In this document: positions 30,670 to 41,057 of the stretch, in pieces
How the letters are laid out: the number at the start of each line of letters is the position of its first letter
Numbering within the stretch: the stretch's first letter is position 1
Assembly (NCBI GenBank): GCA_964351315.1
Contig: CAYGNH010000014.1
Span: 3,280 to 67,279 of the forward strand
Reading direction: 5' to 3'
Origin: an uncultured Pseudobdellovibrionaceae bacterium
GTDB taxonomy: Bacteria; Bdellovibrionota; Bdellovibrionia; Bdellovibrionales; JAGQZY01
DNA length: 64,000 nt
The notes under the pieces: model-generated
What the model was told of the DNA's origin: nothing
Seen by the model: the letters and a program-made list of their open reading frames with translations, nothing else
The model's database searches: none
Program-made: the position numbers and the translations under genes

Positions 30670-31392
30670 TTATTGGTGGGAGTAGTGAGTGGTTTCGACT
30701 TGATTGAGGAGGCCAAAGGCTATTTCTTGGTTTAAACTTTCGGCCTGCAACCAAAGATCAATGTTTTTTTCTGCCATAAAGATGGGGCAACGGTCGTGGC
30801 CTTGTTCTTCGATTTCTCGAGGAGGGTCAGTGGTTATTAATGCAAAAGATTGAAAGCCAACTTCGTTATTGACCGAGCGCCACTGATCGAAAATCATGGG
30901 CGCCCACATAATCTCCCGTCTCTCTGGGAAAAACTGAATCAATTTTTTCCGCCCTTTTTTTTCAACCCATTCAAAGAAGCGTATAAAGGGAAAGAGCCCA
31001 TGGTTTTTCAAAAAAAGGTTTTTCCAAGTCTTTCGATTTGTCAGTGAATCGAGTCGAGCATTGAAAACATTGTATTGGGTGGGAATCTCTTCGCTGGAAT
31101 GTTCGGGTCGAACTCGATAGCGCATGGGCTTAATCACCCGTTGGCCATCTTCATAAACAATGACTGGTGCAAAATATCCGGGATAGATGCGTCCATCTTC
31201 AGCAGCCTTTTTAAATAGGGGAGATGAGGGTTTTCTTTTCAACCCTAAAATCTGTTTTAACTGTTCCGGTGTTTTTTCAGCCGCTGTCTTTTGCAAAGCC
31301 TCAAACTCCTCGAAGGCGGTGATTGAAACCTTGGCATTGAATCGAGCGGCTAGTTTTTCTAAATCTCTTTCGACCTGCACAGAGAAACACAT
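30670..31392 (-). CDS. SOS response-associated peptidase (SRAP/YedK, abasic-site protein)
   Basis: N-terminal MC, FNARLDSL, FFEW, HDRCPI; divergent from the imu cassette. Confidence 0.85.
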   Translation of the reverse strand: MCFSVQVERDLEKLAARFNAKVSITAFEEFEALQKTAAEKTPEQLKQILGLKRKPSSPLFKKAAEDGRIYPGYFAPVIVYEDGQRVIKPMRYRVRPEHSSEEIPTQYNVFNARLDSLTNRKTWKNLFLKNHGLFPFIRFFEWVEKKGRKKLIQFFPERREIMWAPMIFDQWRSVNNEVGFQSFALITTDPPREIEEQGHDRCPIFMAEKNIDLWLQAESLNQEIAFGLLNQVETTHYSHQ

Positions 31393-31480
31393 ACTTTCTT
31401 TGTGTCACTGTTTGCTTGCCACTGGCAACAGAAATAGCGCGGCGCTCGTTCGGACTTTAGGAGAGGGTGTCCGATTTTCG

Positions 31481-31509
31481 TTGACAAACTTACACATTAC
31501 TTACATATT
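31481..31509 (+). promoter_or_regulatory. Sigma-70 promoter of the imu cassette overlapped by a tandem 11-bp repeat (candidate operator)
   Basis: TTGACA-17bp-CATATT; ACTTACACATT/ACTTACATATT at 31488-31509. Confidence 0.55.
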
Positions 31510-31547
31510 CAAAGTTTCTGGGGAAACATCAATTATTACGAGGATCT

Positions 31548-32174
31548 ATGAACACAATCATGACTTGGGATGCCAAACGGCTTCCGAATCTCGTCTCTTA
31601 TAAGAGTCTAGAGAAGCCGGTTATCAGCAGCTTAAAAACGCCAGTAACAAGACTCAACCCATTCTTGCAAGCCTTCCGTTGGCATGGGCAGCTGAGCGAA
31701 TGGGGCGTGCCCTCCGGCTCCATCGCTCGTCTGCTGCCCGCCATGGCAGCCAAGGCTCTTGACTTAGAATGTTTATGGGTCAGCGACCAAGAGACAGCAC
31801 GTCTCTATCCCAACTCTTGGACCGGCTTGGGCTTTAACCTGAACAATCTGCATTTTTTGCAAGACAGCGAACCTTTAACCAGTCTACGCACCGTCATTAC
31901 CGAAAATACGTTTCCGTTCTTAATTATTGACTGCAAACACCCTTTACAGAAATCCGATTTGCACTTTTTAGCTCAAACTTGTCGTCAGCAGGGGACCACC
32001 ATCTTTTTATTTCGCCACTTCTACTTAAGCAATAAGAATGGCAACCCCTTTTCTCAACAGAGGATCAACAGCTCTTACTCCATAACTCAAAAAAACTTTC
32101 AGCTGTCGGTGATCAAGGGCCGAGGCTCTAAAAAAAATCTACGACTTAACTTATCTGAGGTTCTTTGTGGCTGA
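31548..32174 (+). CDS. imuA: Divergent ImuA-like (RecA-fold) protein
   Basis: HGQLSEW, CLWVS, LYPNSW..LG, FLIID; first gene upstream of imuB and dnaE2. Confidence 0.6.
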   Translation: MNTIMTWDAKRLPNLVSYKSLEKPVISSLKTPVTRLNPFLQAFRWHGQLSEWGVPSGSIARLLPAMAAKALDLECLWVSDQETARLYPNSWTGLGFNLNNLHFLQDSEPLTSLRTVITENTFPFLIIDCKHPLQKSDLHFLAQTCRQQGTTIFLFRHFYLSNKNGNPFSQQRINSSYSITQKNFQLSVIKGRGSKKNLRLNLSEVLCG

Positions 32175-33654
32175 TTTGATCTCTTTGTTTCGTTATGATC
32201 AATCAGCCGGCGAAAGTTTTCTACCCTATTTGATCTTACAAACTCACCAGCCCGAAACTCTACAGGCCTTATCGCCGGACATTATGCAACTTACTGATTC
32301 CATTTATGTGGTGGACCTGCATATCGTCGAAAGCTACTGGCGCAAAGCCGCTCTGCAAAAGAAGATGAAACTGAATGACTTTCTTGATCAGGTCATCACA
32401 AAAAATAAATCAGAGAGTCCTATTTATCTGTTCTGCCAACACCCTTTTCAAGGTCTAGTTTTTTTCAATCACCTTAAAAATCTGGACAGTTGTGGGGTTT
32501 TTCGCACCAACGCCTTGTTCTCGAAAAAAGTTTACCAAAATATGGGCTGGTATCCCTGGTTTGTTAGTGCCCGACAAATTCACGATTGCATCGAGGCGGC
32601 GCAGTGTCTTAAAAAAGAGAGGCAGAACTTTTCCTCTCAGTTGTCAAAACTGTCTCGCTTTGTGGAGCGCATGGATCTGCAGGAGTTTTCTAACCTTGAA
32701 CAGGCCCATTTTTTTGAAATCTCACGACGCTTCAAAGGTTTTATTGGCTTGCTCTGGAAGTGGACCTTTCAAAAGCCCCATAAATCGATCGACCACCAAC
32801 AGGCTTCACTGCTGACCTTTGAACACTACGAAAAGTTGGATGGCTTTCCATGGATTCCTTATTTTATCCAGCCCCCCACCAAGATTGATAACATTCTTGA
32901 TTACCCGGTCTCTGAATGGGAGGCCTTATGCGATTCTTTACTTTATGATTTCGAAAAACTCAGCCAACAAGACAAACTGCGCGCCCCTTATAAAGTGATC
33001 GAGATGCGGTGGCGCCTGACCCTGTTCGACATGTCACAGGTCGAGAAAACTTTGCAATTCAAACACCCCCTTTGCCTTGAACGCGAGCAAGAGCGAGGTT
33101 TCTCTACTTTGGAAAAACAATTTCAGTTTGCCTTCGATCAGTTTCGCAATGACTTACAAAGCCGGGACCAAGAGTTGCAATGGGTCAACACCCCTTTGCT
33201 TGTAAGCTGGAGCATTGAAGTCAGCAAAGGGTTAATCCTTACCGAAAAAACTGACTGGCTGGACTTGGAAGAGCAAATGCACAAAATGCATCATCAAGAC
33301 TTAATGAACTTAAATAACAAAGTAAAAACCGGACTACAGTCTTTTAAAGTCTTCGAAACCTTTATTCCCGGCTTAGACTTTGCTCACAAAGATCTTCTTG
33401 AAGAGGTGACGGCCTCGGAGCCAGAGGCGTTGCTGCATCTCCCTCGTCCCTTCTATATCCTACCCGAAGAAGAAGAAATCTCGGCTGACTCAATCAAACA
33501 TTGGCAATTTTTAGATCGCACCAGTTCGGACTGGTGGAATCGACAAGACGCCCTGGATTCTTATCGAGATTGTTTTCTCTGTGAACTCAAAGACCAAGAA
33601 TTTGTATTTGCTTATCGTAATTACCAAGGTCGGTGGTTTCGTTATGGCTTCTGA
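32167..33654 (+). CDS. imuB: Highly diverged ImuB-like protein
   Basis: C-terminal RTSSDWW...RDCF...YRNYQGRWF resembles the ImuB C-terminal motif; lies between imuA and dnaE2. Confidence 0.55.
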   Translation: MADLISLFRYDQSAGESFLPYLILQTHQPETLQALSPDIMQLTDSIYVVDLHIVESYWRKAALQKKMKLNDFLDQVITKNKSESPIYLFCQHPFQGLVFFNHLKNLDSCGVFRTNALFSKKVYQNMGWYPWFVSARQIHDCIEAAQCLKKERQNFSSQLSKLSRFVERMDLQEFSNLEQAHFFEISRRFKGFIGLLWKWTFQKPHKSIDHQQASLLTFEHYEKLDGFPWIPYFIQPPTKIDNILDYPVSEWEALCDSLLYDFEKLSQQDKLRAPYKVIEMRWRLTLFDMSQVEKTLQFKHPLCLEREQERGFSTLEKQFQFAFDQFRNDLQSRDQELQWVNTPLLVSWSIEVSKGLILTEKTDWLDLEEQMHKMHHQDLMNLNNKVKTGLQSFKVFETFIPGLDFAHKDLLEEVTASEPEALLHLPRPFYILPEEEEISADSIKHWQFLDRTSSDWWNRQDALDSYRDCFLCELKDQEFVFAYRNYQGRWFRYGF

Positions 33655-36600
33655 ACCTATTCACGAGTGGCTTTGTAAAACCAATTTTAGTTTTCTTAAG
33701 GGGGCCTCTCACCCCCACGCCTTGTTGGAGTCGGCTTTAGCTCTAGGCTACTCTTCTGTTTGCATCAACGACTTTGATGGCTTGTATGGAGCGGCTCGCA
33801 CCTACAACGACCTGCAGGTGATTAAAAAGAAGAGGGGACACTGCCTTAAACTGAACTATGGCACCGAAATCCATATCCAGCCCGACCACGCCTTGCCTCT
33901 GTTAAAACAACAAAGTCTTGTTCTGAATGCTTTCAGTTGGAACGGCTATAAAAACATCTGCCAAATTATCAGCCGCTCTCACCGAGACAGTAAGAACGAG
34001 GCCTGGCTCAGTATCGATGAGTTATCGAACAGCTGCCTGCAAGGCGTGTTTGCTATTGTTCCCATGCGAGGTGGTCTGGACCACTTCGCAAAACAAACCG
34101 AAGACCTCGAAAAACTGCGGGTCGCTTTGTCTGGCGAGCTCTACCTCGCCATCACTAAAACTTTTAACCGTATGGCCGATGCTAAAATCAAAAAGGCTTA
34201 CCAGATGGCGGCGAAACATAACTTGCAGACACTCTTTAGCCAAGATGTATTTTTTTCTCATCGTTCAGAGAAGGCTTTCCATGATTTACTGACCGCCATC
34301 CAGCAGAACCAACGGGTGGATCAATGCTTAGCTTATCATCTTCCCAATGGAGAGCGGTCTTTACACAGCCCAGCTCATTTTCGACAAATTTATAAAAACT
34401 TTCCGCAATTTCAAAAAACAATGCAGCTGATGGCCGATCTCAATGAGCGCAGTCAATTTTGTCTTTCGCAAATTCGTTACCAATACCCAAAGGAATTCAT
34501 CCCCGAAGGACACACTCCGCAATCTTATTTGGAACTTAAAACATGGGAGGGCGCCAAGCAACGCTATGGTGAAAACATCCCCAGTCCCGTGGTCAGCACT
34601 TTGAGTCGCGAGCTCGATTTGATTGAAGAATTGAATTTTGCTGATTACTTCTTAACAGTTTGGGATATTGTTGCTTGGGCTCGCTCACAGAATATTCTTT
34701 GTCAGGGCCGGGGATCGGCCGCTAATTCCTCTGTTTGTTTTGCTTTGGGGATCACATCTTGTGACCCCTCACTGTTTGATTTGCTGTTTGAAAGATTTGT
34801 CAGCAAAGAACGAGGCGATCCTCCCGACATCGATGTCGACTTTGAGCATGAACGACGAGAAGAAGTCATCCAATACATTTACCGCCGCTATGGGCGTAAA
34901 AAAGCAGCGATGGTCGCCAATGTCATCACATTTAAAAGCAAGGGCGCCCTGCGTGCGGTCGGCAAAGCCCTCGGGGCTCCCGAAAGTCTTTTAAAACAGT
35001 CTTCTGACCTGTGCCGAACCGTGGCCTTCCGTCGCGAAAGCTTGGGCGCTGTCTTGCAAGAGGTGAAAAAGAAAAACCAACACCCAAAAGTTCCCTCTTT
35101 TTTCTCTTGGTCTTTGTGGGAAAAATTCGCCACCCAACTTTATGGTTTCCCGCGGCACTTAGGACTGCACTCGGGTGGCTTTATCATTTCACAACATAAT
35201 ATCGATCATCTAGTTCCCCAGGAGCCAGCATCGATGCCAGGCCGCACCGTCATTCAGTGGTGCAAAGATGATATCGAAGAATTGGGATTTTTTAAAATCG
35301 ACTGCCTGGCTCTTGGTATGTTGACCGCTCTTCGCAAAAGTTTTGCTTTGGTGAAAGAGAAATACAATGTGGATTTGGATCTCTACAATATCCCACAAGA
35401 GGACAAAGCCACCTACACCATGATTCAGAAAGCCGACACCGTCGGCGTCTTTCAAATTGAGTCTCGCGCCCAGATGTCGATGCTGCCTCGCTTGAAACCG
35501 AAAACCTTCTACGACTTGGTCATCGAGATTGCCATCATCCGCCCGGGCCCCATTCAAGGCAAGGTGATTCATCCTTACTTAAGACGGCGAGACGGCCTGG
35601 AACCGGTGACTTATCCCGACGATAGCATCAAAGATATTTTATCCAAAACCTTGGGCGTGATTCTTTTTCAAGAGCAACTGATGCGCATTGCTATTGCTTT
35701 AGGGGACTTTACCCCTGGCGAGGCCAATGAACTGCGTAAACACATTGGCTCTTGGAATTCAAAGAGTTTCAGCCGCAACCTGAATCCCTACATTCAAAAA
35801 CTGTTCACGGGCCTTAAACAACGTAAGGTGAACTCTGTCTTTATCCAACAAATGGTGGAACAGATGAAGGGTTTTTCTGAGTACGGCTTTCCAGAAAGTC
35901 ATTCGATCTCATTTGCTTTTATTGCCTATGCCTCTTGCTATCTAAAGTGTCACTATCCAGCTGCTTTTTTTACATCAGTTTTGAACTCGCAACCCATGGG
36001 TTTTTACTCACCCCACGCTTTGTTGCAAGCCGCCCGTCGTAAGCAGGTCCCCATCCTTCCTCTTTGTGTAAACCATTCGCATTGGGATCATCAGCTCGAG
36101 AAGGTTCCACAAAAAGAGGGACGCCCCGAAGTGTATGGGATTCGTCTTGGTTTTCGCTTGGTTTCAGGGCTCAGTGAAAAAGCCGTTCAAGAGATCACGA
36201 GGGTGCGTCAACAAAGGGGTCCATGGAGAGACCTAGACGATTTTATCCAAACCACATCCATTTACCGAGATGACTACTCGGCCTTAGCAGCGGCCAACAG
36301 TTTTCAAGCTTTTGGGCTTTCACGTTTTGATGCCATTTGGCGCGCCGAAGCCGTGCCCTACAAACAGTTACTAGATGTGGATGAACGCAAGCTGCAATGG
36401 AGAAGTAAAAATACTTTTGAAAAGGCGCAAATGGATTTTCGTGCCACCGGTACCACTTTGGAAACCCATCCCGTGCAAGTTTTACGACAATCTTATTGGC
36501 ATTATAATCTCGCTAAAAATTTGATCTCTCTGGCTAAGGATTTAGAGCGAATCAAGGTTAACACCCATGTCCATACCTTCGGAATGACCCTGATCAAACA

Positions 36601-36883
36601 AGCCCCGCCATCGGCTAAGGGCATGGTCTTTATCACTCTGGAAGATGAATCCGGCTTTGTTAACCTGGCGTTCACACCACAAGTTTACAAAAAGTTTTAT
36701 CCTTTGGTGGAGGGCAGTGGTTTTCTGTGTGTGAGTGGGCGTTTACAAAAGGCCTCGAACTACCATTCAATCTTAGTCACCCAAGTGCACTCTGAGAAAC
36801 GGGGAGACATCCAAAATCTTTATCAGGACAGCGCCCCCACTTCGCAAAACGTTTTGAATATCAAACCGCGAAATTATTATTAA
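33644..36883 (+). CDS. dnaE2: Error-prone DNA polymerase III alpha subunit
   Basis: TNFSFLKGASHP, QGRGSAANS, PPDIDVDFEHERREEVIQY, FKIDCLALGML, YGFPESHS, FITLEDE. Confidence 0.92.
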   Translation: MASEPIHEWLCKTNFSFLKGASHPHALLESALALGYSSVCINDFDGLYGAARTYNDLQVIKKKRGHCLKLNYGTEIHIQPDHALPLLKQQSLVLNAFSWNGYKNICQIISRSHRDSKNEAWLSIDELSNSCLQGVFAIVPMRGGLDHFAKQTEDLEKLRVALSGELYLAITKTFNRMADAKIKKAYQMAAKHNLQTLFSQDVFFSHRSEKAFHDLLTAIQQNQRVDQCLAYHLPNGERSLHSPAHFRQIYKNFPQFQKTMQLMADLNERSQFCLSQIRYQYPKEFIPEGHTPQSYLELKTWEGAKQRYGENIPSPVVSTLSRELDLIEELNFADYFLTVWDIVAWARSQNILCQGRGSAANSSVCFALGITSCDPSLFDLLFERFVSKERGDPPDIDVDFEHERREEVIQYIYRRYGRKKAAMVANVITFKSKGALRAVGKALGAPESLLKQSSDLCRTVAFRRESLGAVLQEVKKKNQHPKVPSFFSWSLWEKFATQLYGFPRHLGLHSGGFIISQHNIDHLVPQEPASMPGRTVIQWCKDDIEELGFFKIDCLALGMLTALRKSFALVKEKYNVDLDLYNIPQEDKATYTMIQKADTVGVFQIESRAQMSMLPRLKPKTFYDLVIEIAIIRPGPIQGKVIHPYLRRRDGLEPVTYPDDSIKDILSKTLGVILFQEQLMRIAIALGDFTPGEANELRKHIGSWNSKSFSRNLNPYIQKLFTGLKQRKVNSVFIQQMVEQMKGFSEYGFPESHSISFAFIAYASCYLKCHYPAAFFTSVLNSQPMGFYSPHALLQAARRKQVPILPLCVNHSHWDHQLEKVPQKEGRPEVYGIRLGFRLVSGLSEKAVQEITRVRQQRGPWRDLDDFIQTTSIYRDDYSALAAANSFQAFGLSRFDAIWRAEAVPYKQLLDVDERKLQWRSKNTFEKAQMDFRATGTTLETHPVQVLRQSYWHYNLAKNLISLAKDLERIKVNTHVHTFGMTLIKQAPPSAKGMVFITLEDESGFVNLAFTPQVYKKFYPLVEGSGFLCVSGRLQKASNYHSILVTQVHSEKRGDIQNLYQDSAPTSQNVLNIKPRNYY

Positions 36884-37027
36884 GCTTCATCACCAAGAAT
36901 ATTAGGCAAAAGTCTGATCTCCCAGAGCAAGACTCTGTTATGAATGTAGACTATAGTCGGGTTTAACCTGAGGCGACATTTGTGAACATGTCTTGCTCCT
37001 TTGAGTCTTAAATCGCAAAATTAAATA

Positions 37028-38227
37028 ATGAAAGCCTCCATTATATTTTCAATAGTATTCGCCCTATCCTGCCAATCTAATGCGACCGATGAGTTTTTGA
37101 TTAAAACCAAATCTCCGATCAATGATCAGCAGGCACGATCTTTAAATCTGCAGAAAGTGCGTGCTGATGTGTTTGTGGTTGCAAAAAATGATCTAGCCCG
37201 GGCTCGCAATACTTTACAAATTATCGACATCAACCCCAACATCGTTATTCAACCTGACAACCTGCCAAACGATCTTTTATCTGACCAGTGGGGTATGAGA
37301 GGAGATTCTTCAGGCGGCGGAGCCAATGTGATCGGTGCCTGGTTGACCACCACCGGCTCGAAAGATGTGGTTGTTGCAATCACCGACACCGGACTCGACA
37401 TCAATCATCCAGATCTTGCCGAAAACCTATGGAACAATACCCAAGAGATCAATGGCGAGCCCGGAGTCGATGATGACGGCAATGGATTTGTCGACGATTT
37501 TCATGGCTGGAATGTGGCTGAAAACAGTAACGACCTGACTGATCGCAAACGCCATGGCACCCACGTAGCCGGGATCGTTGGAGCTCGAGGCAACAATGGG
37601 ACGGGTTTGGTTGGAGTGAGTTGGGAAGTCAGTCTGATGGCTGTTCCCTTTTTTCACCGCAACAAAGACACCAAAATGTCTGACGCCATCAAGGCCATTG
37701 ACTATGCCGTCGACAATGGCGCTCACATCATTAATGCTTCCTGGGGCGCCACACACGATGCAGAAGCTCAAGACGAAGTCACTCTGTTGTCGGAAGCCAT
37801 TCAAAGAGCCGCCGATCGCAATGTGGTCTTTGTCGCCGCCGCTGGAAACTCCAATTATAACAACGACAACAACGGACATATCCCTGCCAGCCTGAATGCT
37901 GCGAACGTCATTTCGGTCGGTTCCGTCACGCGCCATGGTTGGCGGTCCAGTTTCTCGAATTACGGAGCCAATTCTGTGGATGTTTTCGCTCCAGGATCAA
38001 CCATTAAAAGCACTCTACCGGGTGGCTACTACGGAAACCTTAATGGGACGTCCATGGCAGCGCCCTTTGTTAGCGGAATTGTCGCCCTTTTGCTAGCCAA
38101 AGAGCCCGAACTAAAGGTTTCTCAGATCATACAACGAGTCGTTGAATCTTGTCGTGCCAACTCGAACTTAACCAATTCATGCTTGTGCCAAGGTCATATC
38201 GACGCTGACAAAGTTCTGAACCCCTAA
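37028..38227 (+). CDS. Secreted subtilisin-like S8 serine protease
   Basis: Catalytic triad motifs TDTG, HGTHVAG, GTSMAAP; signal peptide. Confidence 0.92.
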   Translation: MKASIIFSIVFALSCQSNATDEFLIKTKSPINDQQARSLNLQKVRADVFVVAKNDLARARNTLQIIDINPNIVIQPDNLPNDLLSDQWGMRGDSSGGGANVIGAWLTTTGSKDVVVAITDTGLDINHPDLAENLWNNTQEINGEPGVDDDGNGFVDDFHGWNVAENSNDLTDRKRHGTHVAGIVGARGNNGTGLVGVSWEVSLMAVPFFHRNKDTKMSDAIKAIDYAVDNGAHIINASWGATHDAEAQDEVTLLSEAIQRAADRNVVFVAAAGNSNYNNDNNGHIPASLNAANVISVGSVTRHGWRSSFSNYGANSVDVFAPGSTIKSTLPGGYYGNLNGTSMAAPFVSGIVALLLAKEPELKVSQIIQRVVESCRANSNLTNSCLCQGHIDADKVLNP

Positions 38228-38306
38228 AAAACCAGCTCACCCAACACAAAGTCTAGAACTCCGCCAAAACTATCAATGAGTTCGACAAAAAAACCGAACC
38301 CATAGC

Positions 38307-39560
38307 ATGAGGAATCTCTACTATTGTCTCTTAATTTCTAGCTTTTTTCTCGCAGCCTGTCAGCGCGACGGACAAACTCTTCCTGAAATCACCGACAAAG
38401 ATTTGCAACAGGCCGTCGAAATTGAAAGTGTCTTGCAGGAAGAAATTGAAAAAGGAGATATTGTCGAGGCACTTGAAACTCTTGGAGAAGACGGGGAGCT
38501 TTCTGAGAGAGGAATCGTACTCAGTCGAATTGTTGCCCGGCTACTGAAACTGATTATGCCAAATCATCTTGAAAAATTTGATCGTTTTCACCCTGGACTC
38601 AGTGAAAAACAGCAAACATTTGCCGAATACAAAGGCGTATTTTCGGGTTGCTACCAGTTTCGCGTTTTTTACCCCTACACAGACAGTCGGGTGAATAACG
38701 TACACTGGGCTTCATCCGTTTTATCCATTCCAGCGAAAAGTAAAGACAACTCTGGCTCCGGTGTTGTCTTAGCGCCAACTTTGGACGGATTTACTCCCTT
38801 TATCGAAACCGGTCTTTGGCTCAAACTTTGTCGCAAAGGGATAGCCAACTTAACCCCAGAGTCTCTTTATCAAAAAAACAATGATCAGTGGGAAAAAATT
38901 CATTTCGACCCAACCCCGGCCTACAAAAGCATTGATGAATACACACTTTACGAAGACAGCATTAAACGTTACGAGAATATCCTAAATATCAATCTTGATA
39001 TTCTCCGAAATTTCGAAAAACTAATGACCGATCGCGATCAAAAAATCGAGCAATTGAATGTGATGAGTGTGAAACCTAAACAAGTCGGATTCTGGGGCTC
39101 GAGCTTTGGCGCCGTGGTGGGCGCTTTGGTGGTTGCCAAGGACTCTAGAATTAAAGGGGCCGTGCTGACAGTGGGCGGAGGCAATTTACCCTACGTGATC
39201 TCTCGCTCTAAAATCGCTTTATTCAAAAACACTCGTCGCAAGCAAATGCAACTGCTTGGCATCAAGTCTATTGACGATTATGAGAACTTTATCGCCCGAT
39301 ATATCGAAAGCGACCCCTTAGACTTTGCGAAAAAGTCAGATAGAAACCGACTGCATATGATCGTTGCAAAAAAAGACTCGTCCGTCCCAACCAAAGCTCA
39401 ATACGAACTGCTAGAAAGTTTTGGCACCCCAAACTACAGTCGCATTGAAAGTGGCCATATACTCGCCTTACTCTTGACGTCGTGGCTCAACGGAGCGGCC
39501 ACTCGTCGATCTCTTGATTTTCTGTCTGAAAAACTGCAAGAAGACAACAGCCCAGATTGA
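38307..39560 (+). CDS. Alpha/beta-hydrolase lipoprotein
   Basis: Lipobox LAAC; GSSFG nucleophile, D..VP, C-terminal GH. Confidence 0.7.
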   Translation: MRNLYYCLLISSFFLAACQRDGQTLPEITDKDLQQAVEIESVLQEEIEKGDIVEALETLGEDGELSERGIVLSRIVARLLKLIMPNHLEKFDRFHPGLSEKQQTFAEYKGVFSGCYQFRVFYPYTDSRVNNVHWASSVLSIPAKSKDNSGSGVVLAPTLDGFTPFIETGLWLKLCRKGIANLTPESLYQKNNDQWEKIHFDPTPAYKSIDEYTLYEDSIKRYENILNINLDILRNFEKLMTDRDQKIEQLNVMSVKPKQVGFWGSSFGAVVGALVVAKDSRIKGAVLTVGGGNLPYVISRSKIALFKNTRRKQMQLLGIKSIDDYENFIARYIESDPLDFAKKSDRNRLHMIVAKKDSSVPTKAQYELLESFGTPNYSRIESGHILALLLTSWLNGAATRRSLDFLSEKLQEDNSPD

Positions 39561-39635
39561 TTCGTGTGACCGATCGATATAGGTACGATTCGGGTCACTG
39601 CCTGAATATCCAAGCACCCCAAACAATCAAAGCGT

Positions 39636-40580
39636 CTATTGGCTTGTCAGCACGCTGGCGGTATCCGTCCCAGCGGACTCTCCCATTGGCACCCCATAAG
39701 CCTGGCAATAGGCTGGGTTATTCTGAGTGTTTTGATAAAGAGTCTCATATAAAGGGCGACAGGTTTCAACAGGTCGGGCTTCATTGCGCCGAAGCGGACC
39801 ATAATGACGACGGTTGTGACGAGAGGTGATCATGGCGTGCTCGGCGGCCAAGGCTGGACAATTGCGCATGAGGTCCTGAAAATCTCGCCCAACTCCCGAT
39901 CCAATCCCTTGACGGGGAGAGGCTGGAGGATTCATTCCTTCAGAAAATTCTTCAACCAAACACAAAGAAGGATTGTCGCGATAAAATTGCTCTAGCTGCT
40001 CTAAGGCTTGCACCCATTCTTCACCATGGCCGATGCCGCGAACATCATATGACGTCTGAAATAAACCGGCTTCCGCACTCACAGCACGGCTCATGGAACT
40101 TGAATTGGTAACGTCGACACCCGACCAATACCGACCTGTGGATTCACGCATTCCCATAGAGAGAGTCAGGAGACTGGTACTGATTAGCAAATTGCGAGAA
40201 TCTTGATTGTTTTGTCCGTTAAAATGGGGCGCGAGACCATCCCACCTTGTACTATTTTGACCGCGAACCATGTGGGTTTGCACGATATCCGAAGAGGGAC
40301 GGCAAGCGCTGCGAATGAAACTGAAAAGCATACCCTGAAAGTAACCTGGAACCTGACTCAATCGTCCTCGGTTTCCAAACTGAGTGTTTTCACAACTGGA
40401 ATTTTGACTGATCAAGGTCTCAATCTCTTGGTTTACCTGCGCAACAGCTTGAGGTGAGCCTAAGGGCGGAGAGGTTTGCCTCCGAGAGTTTCCAGAAAGA
40501 AAAGGAAAGTCATCAATTGTATTGGCCATGACAATAGAGCTTGAAAAAAACACCAGTAAAAATGAAATCGATAGTCTCAT
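39636..40580 (-). CDS. Exported protein with lysozyme/lytic transglycosylase-like motifs
   Basis: Signal peptide; GMRESTG followed by EAGLFQTSY. Confidence 0.55.
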   Translation of the reverse strand: MRLSISFLLVFFSSSIVMANTIDDFPFLSGNSRRQTSPPLGSPQAVAQVNQEIETLISQNSSCENTQFGNRGRLSQVPGYFQGMLFSFIRSACRPSSDIVQTHMVRGQNSTRWDGLAPHFNGQNNQDSRNLLISTSLLTLSMGMRESTGRYWSGVDVTNSSSMSRAVSAEAGLFQTSYDVRGIGHGEEWVQALEQLEQFYRDNPSLCLVEEFSEGMNPPASPRQGIGSGVGRDFQDLMRNCPALAAEHAMITSRHNRRHYGPLRRNEARPVETCRPLYETLYQNTQNNPAYCQAYGVPMGESAGTDTASVLTSQ

Positions 40581-40605
40581 TGAACCTCCCGACGGAAGTA
40601 TTTAA

Positions 40606-40621
40606 TGCAATAGCAGTACCA
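40606..40621 (-). promoter_or_regulatory. Candidate sigma-54 promoter
   Basis: Minus strand TGGTACTGCTATTGCA (GG-N10-GC), 25 bp upstream of ATG 40580. Confidence 0.5.
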
Positions 40622-41057
40622 TCAGAGACTTCAGAAAAAGGATCTCAAACCTCATCCTATTGGCCCTTAGCTGTTAATGAACGACATTGTTTTAAGAATT
40701 TTAAACATCTGTTAAAGCCCCGCAATCAAGTGTCAAAAAAGTTTACAGTCTGAAGCAAAGCTCAGATCGAAAAGAAAGCCGAAGCCCAGCCCACTCCAAA
40801 CCTTTAGAATTTCAGTGATGAGGTGTAGCCACCCAATCCTGCGATACAGAAGATTTAAGGAATTTTGGCAAAAGCACCGACTTTTTGGAGATATCGCGAT
40901 TGGCTGAGCCAAACTCACAATACAGACTAAACTATATTTCTTTGCACGTTTAATCGTATTAAATTTTTGAGTAATAAGTAAAGGCCATGGTGTGAGCATG
41001 GCCAATATTACTATTTTTGATCGATATTTTTCGACGAAACTTTATTGGAATACCGCT

